From the IMG/VR virus record IMGVR_UViG_3300032770_000027, positions 1 through 53,185 of that record: a DNA stretch of 53,185 bases. One strand, 5' to 3'. This DNA is from a virus. Lineage: Duplodnaviria > Caudoviricetes. The translations under genes were made by a program, and so were the position numbers. The notes beneath the pieces were generated by a model. The model had not been told where the DNA came from, did not search any database, and saw nothing but the letters and a program-made list of their open reading frames with translations. Below are positions 17,115 through 27,372 of this stretch, one piece after another (positions within the stretch are counted from its first letter, which is position 1; every line of letters begins with the position of its first letter).

Positions 17115-18203
17115 TTATTGCTGCTTCAAAATGACAAGGTGAATTAGCGATCCATTCAATTCAACCGCTTCGCCAACGTAACCGTCAGCAGTAAGTCCGG
17201 TGATTTCCACGTCCGGTTCACCGTTGCTCGGCTTGTGACGAAAAATCTGGTTGGTCTTATAGTCCAGCGCCAGAATCCGGTTCACCTGCTTCACGGCGTT
17301 TTCCGGTTTGTATTCGAACACGCTTTCGGTATCGCCACCGATCACGTCGCTGCCCAAACGCTTTACTGCTGAATCGTGCAAGGCTTTCCACGAGGCTTTA
17401 TGGTCGAACACTTCAATTGTCTCCACGCCGTTCTGGTTGATCATCGCAAGGCCGGCCTGATTTTCCACCAGCTTGATCTTGGACAGGATCTCGTCAAAGT
17501 GCATCGCAAACTCTTTGAAGTTGCTATGCAGGTCGTCAATTTTGCTTGGGCCGGCAAATACCGATGAGGCGCTGATAGGAACGCAACTTTCATCCGAACC
17601 ACCCATCATATAACTTCCGACTGACTGACCAGAACGTCCACGAACCGCCCCGTGGGAACCACTGCTGAAAAACGCATGCCCGGCAGCGGATTTTTCCACT
17701 TTGGTTTTCCCCATCTTCGCGTTCATTTCAGCGTTTGATGCCATCACGTTGGACCATGTCGATGACTGATCGGCAAAATGGTAACCGCTGGTGTAATTCT
17801 TTTTGTCGAAGTTGAGCGGAGTGATACCACCGTAGAGAACCTTGGAGTTCGGGCTGATTCCACGACTGGCATGCACACACCGGACACCGAGTTTTTGTTT
17901 CTTGCCCGGAAACAAAACTGCGCTACGCATCAGCGCCCGTTCCTGAGTTGATCCCTTGAAGATCGTTCCCGATCGCATGAAAACATTCAGGTCGGTTGTG
18001 TTGTGGGCTTCCATTTCGTCGATCCGGCCAGTGTCAAACACGTTGACCTTTTCGGTTTCCGGGAAGGTGATGTATTGCCGGGAAATGGACGTGCTGCGCA
18101 AAATTGGAAGCACGACCGCAAGAGATTTTTCGTCGATTCGAACCGGCTTGCCGTAGGAGTAGCCGAGTTTTTCCTCGGCCAATGAGGACAGAATTTTTAA
18201 CAT
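17115..18203 (-). CDS. ARPP-1 / DUF6569-family protein
   Basis: NTTDLNVFMRSGTIFKGSTQERAL...LGVRCVHASR matches the family pattern N...GxxxxGxxQxR...V-x-CV-x-x-x-R; start MLKIL at 18203 lies downstream of the promoter. Confidence 0.65.
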   Translation of the reverse strand: MLKILSSLAEEKLGYSYGKPVRIDEKSLAVVLPILRSTSISRQYITFPETEKVNVFDTGRIDEMEAHNTTDLNVFMRSGTIFKGSTQERALMRSAVLFPGKKQKLGVRCVHASRGISPNSKVLYGGITPLNFDKKNYTSGYHFADQSSTWSNVMASNAEMNAKMGKTKVEKSAAGHAFFSSGSHGAVRGRSGQSVGSYMMGGSDESCVPISASSVFAGPSKIDDLHSNFKEFAMHFDEILSKIKLVENQAGLAMINQNGVETIEVFDHKASWKALHDSAVKRLGSDVIGGDTESVFEYKPENAVKQVNRILALDYKTNQIFRHKPSNGEPDVEITGLTADGYVGEAVELNGSLIHLVILKQQ

Positions 18204-18245
18204 AGAATACTTTCTTTTACACCGGGATACTTCCCGGATGGTGTG

Positions 18246-18274
18246 TTTATACAATGAGTGCGTAACGCAGTCAA
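18246..18274 (-). promoter_or_regulatory. Sigma70-like promoter with the same palindromic operator
   Basis: TTGACT-17 nt-TATAAA; GCGTAACGC at 18260-18268 in the spacer. Confidence 0.7.
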
Positions 18275-18316
18275 CAAAATAATTGACCGGATTTTAGTTT
18301 TCTGTTTCGATCAGTC

Positions 18317-18535
18317 ATGAGCTTTTACGAAGAAGCCCGCAAAACAGTCGAGCATGCCGTCAAAATGGGGTGGGCCAGATACCCCGGGAACAGACAAATA
18401 ATTGAGCGGTTCAAACCAACTGATCCTCGCACACTTCCCGCATCGGATCGCAAGTGTAAAAAATGCGGGCATATCTGGTCCAATCAGGGTAAATCTTGTC
18501 CACAATGTCTTTGTGAACAATTCACACTCGCATGA
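18317..18535 (+). CDS. Zinc-ribbon protein
   Basis: CKKCGHIW...CPQC. Confidence 0.6.
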   Translation: MSFYEEARKTVEHAVKMGWARYPGNRQIIERFKPTDPRTLPASDRKCKKCGHIWSNQGKSCPQCLCEQFTLA

Positions 18536-18822
18536 GAATAACTTGTGAACAATGCGGCCAGCAGCATGAGATTTTTTGGCTGGAAAGGAAGGGTGGCAAG
18601 CGAACGGTGGTATATCGCTGTGACAGGGTTGAGCTGGTTAATAAGGATCATGAAATCAAGTATTGCACCCGGGACATTTATTGGCCGGGACAAGACGACC
18701 CGAGAAACAATGCGATCATGATGTCGCTGGCCACTGTCTGCACACTGGAACGGCGTAAAGAGCTTTTAGGAAAACAGCAACTCCAACTGATCATGATAAA
18801 TGACCGATCAAGAAAAAGCTGA
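18532..18822 (+). CDS. Hypothetical Cys/His protein
   Basis: ATGA-coupled; CEQCGQQH. Confidence 0.55.
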   Translation: MRITCEQCGQQHEIFWLERKGGKRTVVYRCDRVELVNKDHEIKYCTRDIYWPGQDDPRNNAIMMSLATVCTLERRKELLGKQQLQLIMINDRSRKS

Positions 18823-18976
18823 AAAATTGGAACGTGTAATCACCAAAACCCAGTTCAAGATCAGGCAAACGGAGGATGAAATTGGCAGGCTCATAAATCG
18901 GAACGACCGGCGCAGACGAAGGATCAGGGAACTCGGCAAACTACGCGCAGAATATATGACATTACGCTTACTTTAG
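18800..18976 (+). CDS. Small coiled-coil protein (58 aa, not in the ORF track)
   Basis: MTDQEKAEKLERVITKTQFKIRQTEDEIGRL...TLRLL* fills the gap up to the convergent gene. Confidence 0.5.
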   Translation: MTDQEKAEKLERVITKTQFKIRQTEDEIGRLINRNDRRRRRIRELGKLRAEYMTLRLL

Positions 18977-21900
18977 AGCGTCCAGTTCGTGATAAAGCGC
19001 CCGTTTTTCTTTGCCGGTCAACACGTGGGAGTTTTCGATTTTGTTCCGCACCAATGTCTTGATTTCCTTCCGTTCAACCGGTGTGGATAACTCGTAAACT
19101 TTCACCGCTTCTTTGGGAGAAATCTCAGGAGACGACAACCCATAAACCAAGTGGCTCAACCGGGCACGTTTTAAAACTTCTTCCCGACGACGAGGCAAAA
19201 CCAGACCCTGATGGACGGCTTCACTCATTGTCATTTCCTTGCGCCGGATGGCATCCACGGCAATACGTTCGTTGACACCACGCTGGAAAACTTCATGGGT
19301 TTTAGATCCAATCGGCTGGTGATTTCGGATATATTCGGCCAGCTTCAATTCAGCCGGTGAATAACTCATGTAATAGGGAGCTTTGGTGAACCCGGCATAA
19401 CCTGCCAATGCACGCAATCCGCTCGCCCCGGTGCGTCGTGCCGCAATGTTGCTGGATAGCCCGAACGGTTGCGGAATAAGATGTCCAGCCACGTCCAGCG
19501 ACCGTTTGTAAAGAGGATCGTCAGGATTGTAAACTTCAACCCCGTAAAAATCCCGATTGTTCCATACGTCCATCAACCGGCCAATTTCTCCCGTCATGGA
19601 ACTTTTCACGTAATCCACCGGGCTGTGTCCGGCGTGAACAAGGTCTTTCCAATAAGTAGGGATTGAAACGCGCTGAGACGGATCAGCAGCGTCGATCTGC
19701 GGGAAAGTCAGATTCCGCATCAATTCACCGGTATCTTTGGCTTTCTGCCACGGAAATTTTCCAGTGGTAATCAAGCTGATAATCGACGCCTGCAACGCGG
19801 TGATCACCGACATGCCGAGCAGCCATCCCATCGACTGCGTCATGCGCGGAGCGCGACCTTCCTTCCACCAGTTAACGCCCAACTCGGCCCCGGTATCACG
19901 GATCGCTTTTCCAAAAGCGCGGATGTTCCCCAGCTTCCATGTCACCGAACGGAACGCCAACTGCATTGCCGTTTTAAATGTCCGGTTCCAATAAAGGTTG
20001 TCCCAATTCAATTCTCCGAAACGATCTTCGATAGATGCCCATGTCTGACGAGCGAGTTGTCCGCGAGTGATTTTCCCCATCTGAAGATCACGTGCCCGCT
20101 GCTGAAGTTCGAAACTGTATTCTTTGAGGAACATTCCAACCTTGAGGCGTGGAATGTAAGTCTGAAAAAGTGGTTTGAGCGCCAGTTCGTTTACAGCAGG
20201 AACAGCACGAATAACAGCACCGACATAGTTATCCTCAGCCAATGCTTTTTTGAAACCAGCAATGCCTTTGACACGATAATCTTCATTCATCGCAATCTGA
20301 CCGCCGCCGGTAAACAAGTCGTCGATGAGCTGACTGGCTTGTGGATAATTTTTCCGGAACCAATTGTAGGCATCAGGATCATTCTGTTGAAATTCTTTGA
20401 CGTTTTTGGCATACCGGATTGCCAGCTCTCCCAATCCGGCAGTCGTCTGACGCGGAGCCTTTGCTCCAACCACCTGAGCCAGCCCAGCCGGTTCCACAAA
20501 CAATGCCTTGCCAACCTCTATCGCGCCTTCAACCGGTCGGCCAGCAAGAATTTTCCGAAACCCAAGGCCGAGATTTGAACCAACAGCCTCATTGGTTTCA
20601 AAAACGGCATGAAACGGAGAAAGTCCAAGTTCAATTGCTGTGGTTCCGTTTTTGATCGCAAGCAATGCCCGACCGAGTTTACCAAGCTCAGGATGTCCTT
20701 CACTACCCTGTCGGATATAATCACGCGACAGATAGTTGTTGATCATCCGACCGGCACCCTCGTTAACCCACCATTCGCCATTACTGGAAATCAAACCTTC
20801 CGGCGTTCGAAAATATGCCTTGGCAATGGAGTCCTGTATGCGAACAAAGCCCGGTGGCGGCTGTTCTCCACGTTTCACAAACTGTGCCGCACCGGTTGCC
20901 TTTAATCCTTCCCATGCCTGATTTGCCGCAACATACTTCATCGTGTCCTCGGCATGGAGCGCGAACATTTCCAGCGGGTTGGTGGTTACCGGCACGCCGC
21001 CGAGCGCGATACCTTCACTCATATCTTCCAGCGTGTGTTTCCGTAAAAATCCCTGACTGCCTCGCCACGGACGTTTGCTGGCGATCTGTTCCGCGCTCAA
21101 TCCCTGTTTGGCGAGATTGGCTTTTGCCTGATCAGACCCGGGAATGACTTTCCAAAGCACGCGCAAATGGTTTTCCAGATACGGCAGTTCCGGTTTGAAC
21201 CGTGTTGCCTCGTTGTAAAGTCGATCATCCCATTCCCGGATCAATGCGGCAGCTTGAGCCAATTGGGGAGTGGGCTGTGAGCGTCCAGTTTTCATGCGGT
21301 CGATGAAATCAATCCGATCTTTATCCGGCATCTTTTCAAACATCGAACGCACGCCGTCCATCGCCGCAGCCGCCTGAGTCAGAAATTTTTCCTTGTCGCC
21401 TTTGGACTTGAATAAAATATCCACATCACCGGGTCGGGCCAGCGTTTCCGGAGAAAATAGTTTGGCTAACATCGACGGACCAGCCTTAGCCAAGTCAGCC
21501 GTCTTTTCCAGAAACGGTTTCAGATCCTTTTCAGCAAAAGTCTTGATGGGGTTAGCAGCGTAGTGCGTAAGTCCCGGGCCTATTCTTGGAACACCTTCCC
21601 CCGATTGACCGAGCATTACTTTATTATAAGCGGCGTATTCCGGCATTGATTGCAATTCTCTTAAAAATTGAGCAAGTCTATAAAACCTTCTAACATCATC
21701 GGGCATAGCCTCTAATTCCTGAAGGCCAACCTTCTCGTTAGAGATCCGGCCAATCTCTGGATATGATTGTAATTTCTCGTAAAGATCGGCTCGTTCTTTT
21801 TTGACACGATTAAATTGATCTAACCACGATTTGAAATTTTCGCCCATTTCTGAAAATCCCTTTTCCGCTTTTTTCAAACTTTCATCCCCTTCGTTTATTC

Positions 21901-24900
21901 TGGACTCTCCCAGCGCCTTGGAATAGGATTCAAAAAAGTCGTTGAGCAAGGAATAGGCTTTGGCAGGCAGCCCAAGCACTGTTCGAACAGCGTCGATGAA
22001 GTTGTCCCACAAGGTGCGCTTGCCATGGATGCCGGGCATGTCATCCAGCATCTGCTGGAATGATTTCCGGGAGATCGCCTCTGAAATAAACTCGCTCAGA
22101 TCACCCATGCCATAAGGCATGCCCATCATTTTAACCATATCCGGATCGCCAATCACTTCCTTCAAGCGCTCATCAGGAAATGCCTCAATGGCGCGTTGAA
22201 ACGTTTCTGCCAAAGCGCGAATTCCGGGCGAGACATTTTTGTCGCTGATCAAATGCTTCAACCCCTCCATGTATCCGGAACCGCGAAACTCCGGACGCCG
22301 CAGATGATCCATGTAACTGGGAATTTTTCTTTCGATCAATCCGTGGTTGATCTCGTGCAGGATTTCCAGCGTGGGCACATGCTCACGAATTCCAGCCATC
22401 ATGATCTCATCGTTGCCACCATGGTAATAGCTGCGCAACGCCTGCACGTCGCGCCGCAGCATAACGTTCAATCCTTCAGGATCGCCATGCTTCAACATTT
22501 CAGCCGCCAGCTTTCCGGCATCGGTTGAAGTCTCCGACAGAATTTTCAAAGTGTCCCGGGCACTGATGCCATTGCGGAATCCGCGAATAATTCTCGGGTC
22601 TGCCGGCTCGGTTCCATACGCACCTTTTTCCGATTCTTCTTCAATCCGCTGTTCTGTGCTCATCCGGCGTTGAGCCATTTCCAGATCGAAATTCGGCCCC
22701 TCTTTCTTTGCACCCTCGATCGCTCCATTTAACCACGTCACCCGACCCATGGCCGCTTCTGCTGTTTGATAATCACCCCGGTCAATGGCATCCAAACCCA
22801 TCTTATGGTTTTGATCCACCAGTTTTTGAAGTTCTGGAACGATCTCAGTCCCAAATTTCAATCCGTAGTTGATTCCATCCTTATGTGGCGGACGGTATCG
22901 TTTTCCGGTCTCATCTGTTGCACGAAGATATTTGAGCAATTCCCCATCCGGCATGTTTTGGATTTCCTGATGAGTAACTGAACCAATGGGTTTTTCCAGA
23001 GCGTGCTCCGCAGTTTTAACCGGAGGCTCAATATTCTCCGCAGCCTGATGAATCTGGGGAATCGGTCGTGGTTGATCCGGAACGTCACCATACTCGGCCC
23101 GCTTGGCTTCGTATTTGGCAATTACATCCTCAAGCGGAGCGCCTGATTTTGTAACAAAGGTCGTGCCCGGTTTGCCTTCACGATCCAGCGCGGTAAACAT
23201 CCACCGTCCCATGACTTCACCATCAAAACGGGCACCGATTCGATCCGCAGTTGCCGGACCGGTTAATGATACTTCACGTCCCGTTTGTCCTTCTTGTGGT
23301 AGCCTCCGGACGGCTTGTGGCTGAATTCCTCGGCCACCTTCTTGGACGGGCACTTCCCGTAAGCCTTGCTCGGGTTGTGGGCGCACATTCCCATAAACTT
23401 CTGCTGCTTTTTGGATACCGCTGGCATATTTTATTCCTTTCGTTTTACCGTATTTTTTTTCAACTTCACTGAGCAAATTCAACGCAGCCTGCCGATACTG
23501 TTCCCGCTCAAATTGACCGGAAGGTTTCTCAAAGTCGATGCCGAGTTTGCCCGCAGCATCTTCCAACTCTGACATGATTGGATCAGCCTGTCCCTTTTTG
23601 AAGAACATCGGCATGTCCAGAACCTTTCGAATATTGGCCCGGATATTATCAGCCAATCCCTGTTTATACTCCGGAGCTTCAGCCGGTGGTTCTCCCACCT
23701 TCAATTCACCGTGCTTTGCTGACCCGAGATCAATTCCAAAATCCTCGTGAACGTCACGAACCAACGATTGCAAAAACGTGCCGGAAGCATCGTAGATCGG
23801 CTTTCCTTCAGGATCGTAAACAGTCGCCTTCCATTTTTTCTCACCCGGTGCGCCCTGCTCGAAAACAACCTTTCCTTTTTCCCCGTCCAGATCGACATCA
23901 GCTTCAAAAGGTCTAGCACCTTTGACAATCATGAACTCACGAACCTCCTGTGCCGCTGAAACAGGCTGTTCCGGACCCTGCGGCTTGATATAAGGACTGA
24001 TTGGTTCCTCTTTGTCCGGTTTTAATTTTTCCACCTTCCCATATTCCCCATTTCGATCCGGGATCAATTCGCCAGCTACTGATTTTGCATCCAAAAAAGA
24101 ATCATCATCAAACGTTACCAATACACGGTTAAAATCGTTTGGGAATTGCTTTGATCGTTGGACGTATTTTACCGTTTTTCTGGTTCCGTCAGCATTTTCG
24201 AATACATCACCCGGCACTAACCGGTTAACAATCTCACGTGCCGCCTCATTGCGTTTTTGGATAAAAGCATCAACATTCTCCTGTTTCACACCCTCCAACG
24301 AAGCTGAAGCGCGGTTTGAAAGTTCATCATGACCCATCTGGCCAAGTGCCGACTGCTGTGATTTTATTTCCGCAGCAGTTCTGAGCGGTGTCTTAACCGG
24401 AGATTCTGGCTGGTTGGCTTTCGGCAATCGCTTCGGTTCTCCCGCCGGTTTTGTTGCCGACACTTCAGGCTCGACAGATCCCCGCAGTGCCACGTTTTGA
24501 ACTCCGGGAGCTTCAGCGGTCGGACGAAACTCTCCTTCCACCTGACTGGGTATTTGAGATTTTAAAGCACGCTGAAACTGTTCAGGAATTGACAACTCCG
24601 GAATTGCTGTTGCTTGTTGCCCCAAAACCACAGGAGCCGTTTGTGAAGGTCGTTTAACAGCTAATCCAGAAGGCGGAATTTGCGGACCTTGAACAATATC
24701 CGGCCCTTGAACCTGAGGAGCTGCTCCCGGAGGAAGTTGAGACGCCGTAGAAGCAATTTGGGGTGACGGAACGCCAAGCTGGCGCAGCCCATATAATGGT
24801 TTTTGAACCGGTGTAAAATCAGCCTGATCGAGTTGCTTTGCCACCTGTTTCGCCAAGTAAGTAGGACGGTCAGCAACTCGTTCAACAGTATCCCCCAATC

Positions 24901-25591
24901 CGTGAACAGCTCCCAACGGAGCAAATACGCCCGTCTGAATTGCCTGATTTACCAGATCTGTGAGTTTGTCCTGATCACGTTGTCCGGGAGGTTTTCCAAA
25001 CTCAGTCCCCAATTCTTTTGCAAGTTCTGGAGTTTTTCGGATCATGTCAGCAGAAAATCCAAGTCCGACCAGTTTCTGCAACCATGCAGGACCGCCACCA
25101 GCAGCAAACCCGGAAACCAAACCGGGAACATCGCCAGCCACTTTTGCAACCGTGGTAAAAGTGGGATTGGTCCGAGCTGCTGAAGCAAGAAATTTTTGAA
25201 CCGGAAGCTGATCTTCACCGCGCATCATGGCTTCTAAATTCCCACCATATTCCGGTTGTCCCGCCACCTTGGAAACAACATCAGCGGCTCCGCGATAAGC
25301 TAACTGGCCCGGAGCCATGGCTAACGACATCACTGACCCCGGAATGCTTTTTAAAAACCCTTTTGGATCTGCAACAACAGCACTGGAAAATTCGGTTCCA
25401 GCCCTCATTCCAGAATCGCCAGATTCAAGCACCTGCCTTTGTGCTTGAAGTGGGGCAACAAGGTTGGATGGAATCGAGGTTATGGGAGAGCGAAACGCGG
25501 CAGGTTTTTTAGGCTCAAAGTCGGACTCTGAAAAATCCAAGTCCGCATTTGTTCCTTTGAAATCGTCGTCTGTAAACGTGATGTCAGGCAT
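18968..25591 (-). CDS. Large internal virion/ejection (polyvalent) protein with a zincin-like domain
   Basis: 2207 aa, last of three ejection-like genes; ILHEINH (HExxH) followed by LSEFISEA; helical C-terminal third. Confidence 0.75.
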   Translation of the reverse strand: MPDITFTDDDFKGTNADLDFSESDFEPKKPAAFRSPITSIPSNLVAPLQAQRQVLESGDSGMRAGTEFSSAVVADPKGFLKSIPGSVMSLAMAPGQLAYRGAADVVSKVAGQPEYGGNLEAMMRGEDQLPVQKFLASAARTNPTFTTVAKVAGDVPGLVSGFAAGGGPAWLQKLVGLGFSADMIRKTPELAKELGTEFGKPPGQRDQDKLTDLVNQAIQTGVFAPLGAVHGLGDTVERVADRPTYLAKQVAKQLDQADFTPVQKPLYGLRQLGVPSPQIASTASQLPPGAAPQVQGPDIVQGPQIPPSGLAVKRPSQTAPVVLGQQATAIPELSIPEQFQRALKSQIPSQVEGEFRPTAEAPGVQNVALRGSVEPEVSATKPAGEPKRLPKANQPESPVKTPLRTAAEIKSQQSALGQMGHDELSNRASASLEGVKQENVDAFIQKRNEAAREIVNRLVPGDVFENADGTRKTVKYVQRSKQFPNDFNRVLVTFDDDSFLDAKSVAGELIPDRNGEYGKVEKLKPDKEEPISPYIKPQGPEQPVSAAQEVREFMIVKGARPFEADVDLDGEKGKVVFEQGAPGEKKWKATVYDPEGKPIYDASGTFLQSLVRDVHEDFGIDLGSAKHGELKVGEPPAEAPEYKQGLADNIRANIRKVLDMPMFFKKGQADPIMSELEDAAGKLGIDFEKPSGQFEREQYRQAALNLLSEVEKKYGKTKGIKYASGIQKAAEVYGNVRPQPEQGLREVPVQEGGRGIQPQAVRRLPQEGQTGREVSLTGPATADRIGARFDGEVMGRWMFTALDREGKPGTTFVTKSGAPLEDVIAKYEAKRAEYGDVPDQPRPIPQIHQAAENIEPPVKTAEHALEKPIGSVTHQEIQNMPDGELLKYLRATDETGKRYRPPHKDGINYGLKFGTEIVPELQKLVDQNHKMGLDAIDRGDYQTAEAAMGRVTWLNGAIEGAKKEGPNFDLEMAQRRMSTEQRIEEESEKGAYGTEPADPRIIRGFRNGISARDTLKILSETSTDAGKLAAEMLKHGDPEGLNVMLRRDVQALRSYYHGGNDEIMMAGIREHVPTLEILHEINHGLIERKIPSYMDHLRRPEFRGSGYMEGLKHLISDKNVSPGIRALAETFQRAIEAFPDERLKEVIGDPDMVKMMGMPYGMGDLSEFISEAISRKSFQQMLDDMPGIHGKRTLWDNFIDAVRTVLGLPAKAYSLLNDFFESYSKALGESRINEGDESLKKAEKGFSEMGENFKSWLDQFNRVKKERADLYEKLQSYPEIGRISNEKVGLQELEAMPDDVRRFYRLAQFLRELQSMPEYAAYNKVMLGQSGEGVPRIGPGLTHYAANPIKTFAEKDLKPFLEKTADLAKAGPSMLAKLFSPETLARPGDVDILFKSKGDKEKFLTQAAAAMDGVRSMFEKMPDKDRIDFIDRMKTGRSQPTPQLAQAAALIREWDDRLYNEATRFKPELPYLENHLRVLWKVIPGSDQAKANLAKQGLSAEQIASKRPWRGSQGFLRKHTLEDMSEGIALGGVPVTTNPLEMFALHAEDTMKYVAANQAWEGLKATGAAQFVKRGEQPPPGFVRIQDSIAKAYFRTPEGLISSNGEWWVNEGAGRMINNYLSRDYIRQGSEGHPELGKLGRALLAIKNGTTAIELGLSPFHAVFETNEAVGSNLGLGFRKILAGRPVEGAIEVGKALFVEPAGLAQVVGAKAPRQTTAGLGELAIRYAKNVKEFQQNDPDAYNWFRKNYPQASQLIDDLFTGGGQIAMNEDYRVKGIAGFKKALAEDNYVGAVIRAVPAVNELALKPLFQTYIPRLKVGMFLKEYSFELQQRARDLQMGKITRGQLARQTWASIEDRFGELNWDNLYWNRTFKTAMQLAFRSVTWKLGNIRAFGKAIRDTGAELGVNWWKEGRAPRMTQSMGWLLGMSVITALQASIISLITTGKFPWQKAKDTGELMRNLTFPQIDAADPSQRVSIPTYWKDLVHAGHSPVDYVKSSMTGEIGRLMDVWNNRDFYGVEVYNPDDPLYKRSLDVAGHLIPQPFGLSSNIAARRTGASGLRALAGYAGFTKAPYYMSYSPAELKLAEYIRNHQPIGSKTHEVFQRGVNERIAVDAIRRKEMTMSEAVHQGLVLPRRREEVLKRARLSHLVYGLSSPEISPKEAVKVYELSTPVERKEIKTLVRNKIENSHVLTGKEKRALYHELDALK

Positions 25592-26412
25592 TACTGTGGA
25601 GCAGTGCCAAACTCTTTATTGACCGCGTCGATGATGGTCTGCTTGTTCCAATCTGGATGTTCCTTGTGCAGTTGTCGAGCACGTTCAACCTTCGATCCAC
25701 CGGTTCCGGTGCCGGTGCCGGAAGTCCTGTTTTGATATTGCGCACGAAGTTTGTCCATGGATTTCTGCAATGCGGCAGCACCTTCATCATCACCGGAAGC
25801 TTCAGCTTCAGTCTTTTTCTTGGCATATTCAGCCATCTGAATTTCAAAAATCCGGTCATCCACTGATTTTTTCATTGGAAGAACATGCAGTCCGGGACTA
25901 CCGGGACGGAACACAGCAGTAGCGCCCCCGGGCAAAACTTTGGTTGTAATGTCCCCGTATTCACGAGTGGCAGCATTCCGTCCAATGGAGGCAACGGCGG
26001 ATGGAGTGGAAAGTTCTGGAACTTGAAACAACGCCTTTTCCGGAGACATCCCGCTTTGAAGCAATTGAGAAAATTTTTGCTGGGCGGCAAATTTTTTAGC
26101 CTGTTCGGCAGCTTTTGCCTGATCCAGTGCCTGTGCCCGTTCCAACCGATCCTGAGCCAGTCCAACTTCAGCCTCCTTGTAGGCACGATTAATATCAATC
26201 TGCTGCTGCTGGCGTTGAGCCTGCTGTTGCAGCACAGCTTTTCGAACATCTGCCTGCATCCGGGCGATCTGAGCTTCCATTCCAAGACGAGCGCTGGCTT
26301 CAGCCGCCTGATTTGCCTGACCAGCCTGAGCAATACCGGCCTGTGTCCCAGCTTCAGTTGCCCGAAGGAAATCAGTCGGTTGAACGTTCAGCCATGGAGG
26401 AAGTGGTGCCAT
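25591..26412 (-). CDS. Internal virion/ejection protein
   Basis: Q/A-rich coiled coil; position before the large ejection protein. Confidence 0.6.
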   Translation of the reverse strand: MAPLPPWLNVQPTDFLRATEAGTQAGIAQAGQANQAAEASARLGMEAQIARMQADVRKAVLQQQAQRQQQQIDINRAYKEAEVGLAQDRLERAQALDQAKAAEQAKKFAAQQKFSQLLQSGMSPEKALFQVPELSTPSAVASIGRNAATREYGDITTKVLPGGATAVFRPGSPGLHVLPMKKSVDDRIFEIQMAEYAKKKTEAEASGDDEGAAALQKSMDKLRAQYQNRTSGTGTGTGGSKVERARQLHKEHPDWNKQTIIDAVNKEFGTAPQ

Positions 26413-26414
26413 TT

Positions 26415-27371
26415 TTATTGAGCTGGAATGTCAGTGCGTTGACCTTGATCGTCATACCGATAACCAGTAGATGGATCGACATATTCACCGGTAGAGGAAT
26501 CGTAATTGTATCCACCCGGACTTCCAGAATACGAACCATAAGGAAGCGTCGCTGTGGATGTATTACCATAATACGGAACGCCACCGATCACCGTGGCATT
26601 TTGAGTCGAGCCGAGCGCTGGCTGATCAGTAAGATTCGCGTCCGGTGTTGTAAAGGGAGAATTCGCTGTGGACGTATAAGGCGAATAGGCAAATGATCCG
26701 GCAGCAGGATTAAAACTCGAACCGCGAGCGCCCTGAGCCGCCTGCTGATAATTGGCAATCATCTGTTGTGCCGCCGATCGCGGATCAGGCGCTGCCGCAA
26801 GCTGATTGTTTTGAGACGTGATTTCAGCGATCAATGCCGGCGGTAAAGTCGTCTGACCGATGCCCTGCAACGATGACAAATAATCCCGCAAACCCTGCTG
26901 TTGTAAATTCTCAACCGCCAGTCCAAGCGACCGCGCTCCCTGAGCACCAGCAAAACCCGAAAGCGGCATTCCGCTGGATACACCAAATTCAGCAGCATGC
27001 TGGTTGATCATGTCGATGGTTTCCGGTGAAAGCACACCCTCCAATTCACCCATGACATTGCCGCTGACCTGACCGGCCTGTTGTTTCAGTCCCGGATAAA
27101 TTCCGGAAGTTTGAGTAAACGTGCTCGCTGGAATTGGAGTAGGATTCGGAACACGACCGTAAGCGCTGGTATTTCCACCTGATGTTGAGGGCGACCAACT
27201 CGCTCCCGGAGTGCTCACCACGGATGAAGAACCGGGACCAAGATCCATTCGAGACATCCCTTGATTTTGAACAACACTCTGCCTCACCGCATTCTGTTCC
27301 GCTGCGGCAGGATCATAAGGCGTGTAGGAATAAGCCGCTGTTCCGGCTCCGGTAATTGGTCGTGTTGGCAT
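26415..27371 (-). CDS. Internal virion/ejection (pilot-like) protein
   Basis: G/S/A/Q-rich; start MPTRP at 27371; follows the tail genes. Confidence 0.55.
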   Translation of the reverse strand: MPTRPITGAGTAAYSYTPYDPAAAEQNAVRQSVVQNQGMSRMDLGPGSSSVVSTPGASWSPSTSGGNTSAYGRVPNPTPIPASTFTQTSGIYPGLKQQAGQVSGNVMGELEGVLSPETIDMINQHAAEFGVSSGMPLSGFAGAQGARSLGLAVENLQQQGLRDYLSSLQGIGQTTLPPALIAEITSQNNQLAAAPDPRSAAQQMIANYQQAAQGARGSSFNPAAGSFAYSPYTSTANSPFTTPDANLTDQPALGSTQNATVIGGVPYYGNTSTATLPYGSYSGSPGGYNYDSSTGEYVDPSTGYRYDDQGQRTDIPAQ

Positions 27372-27372
27372 A

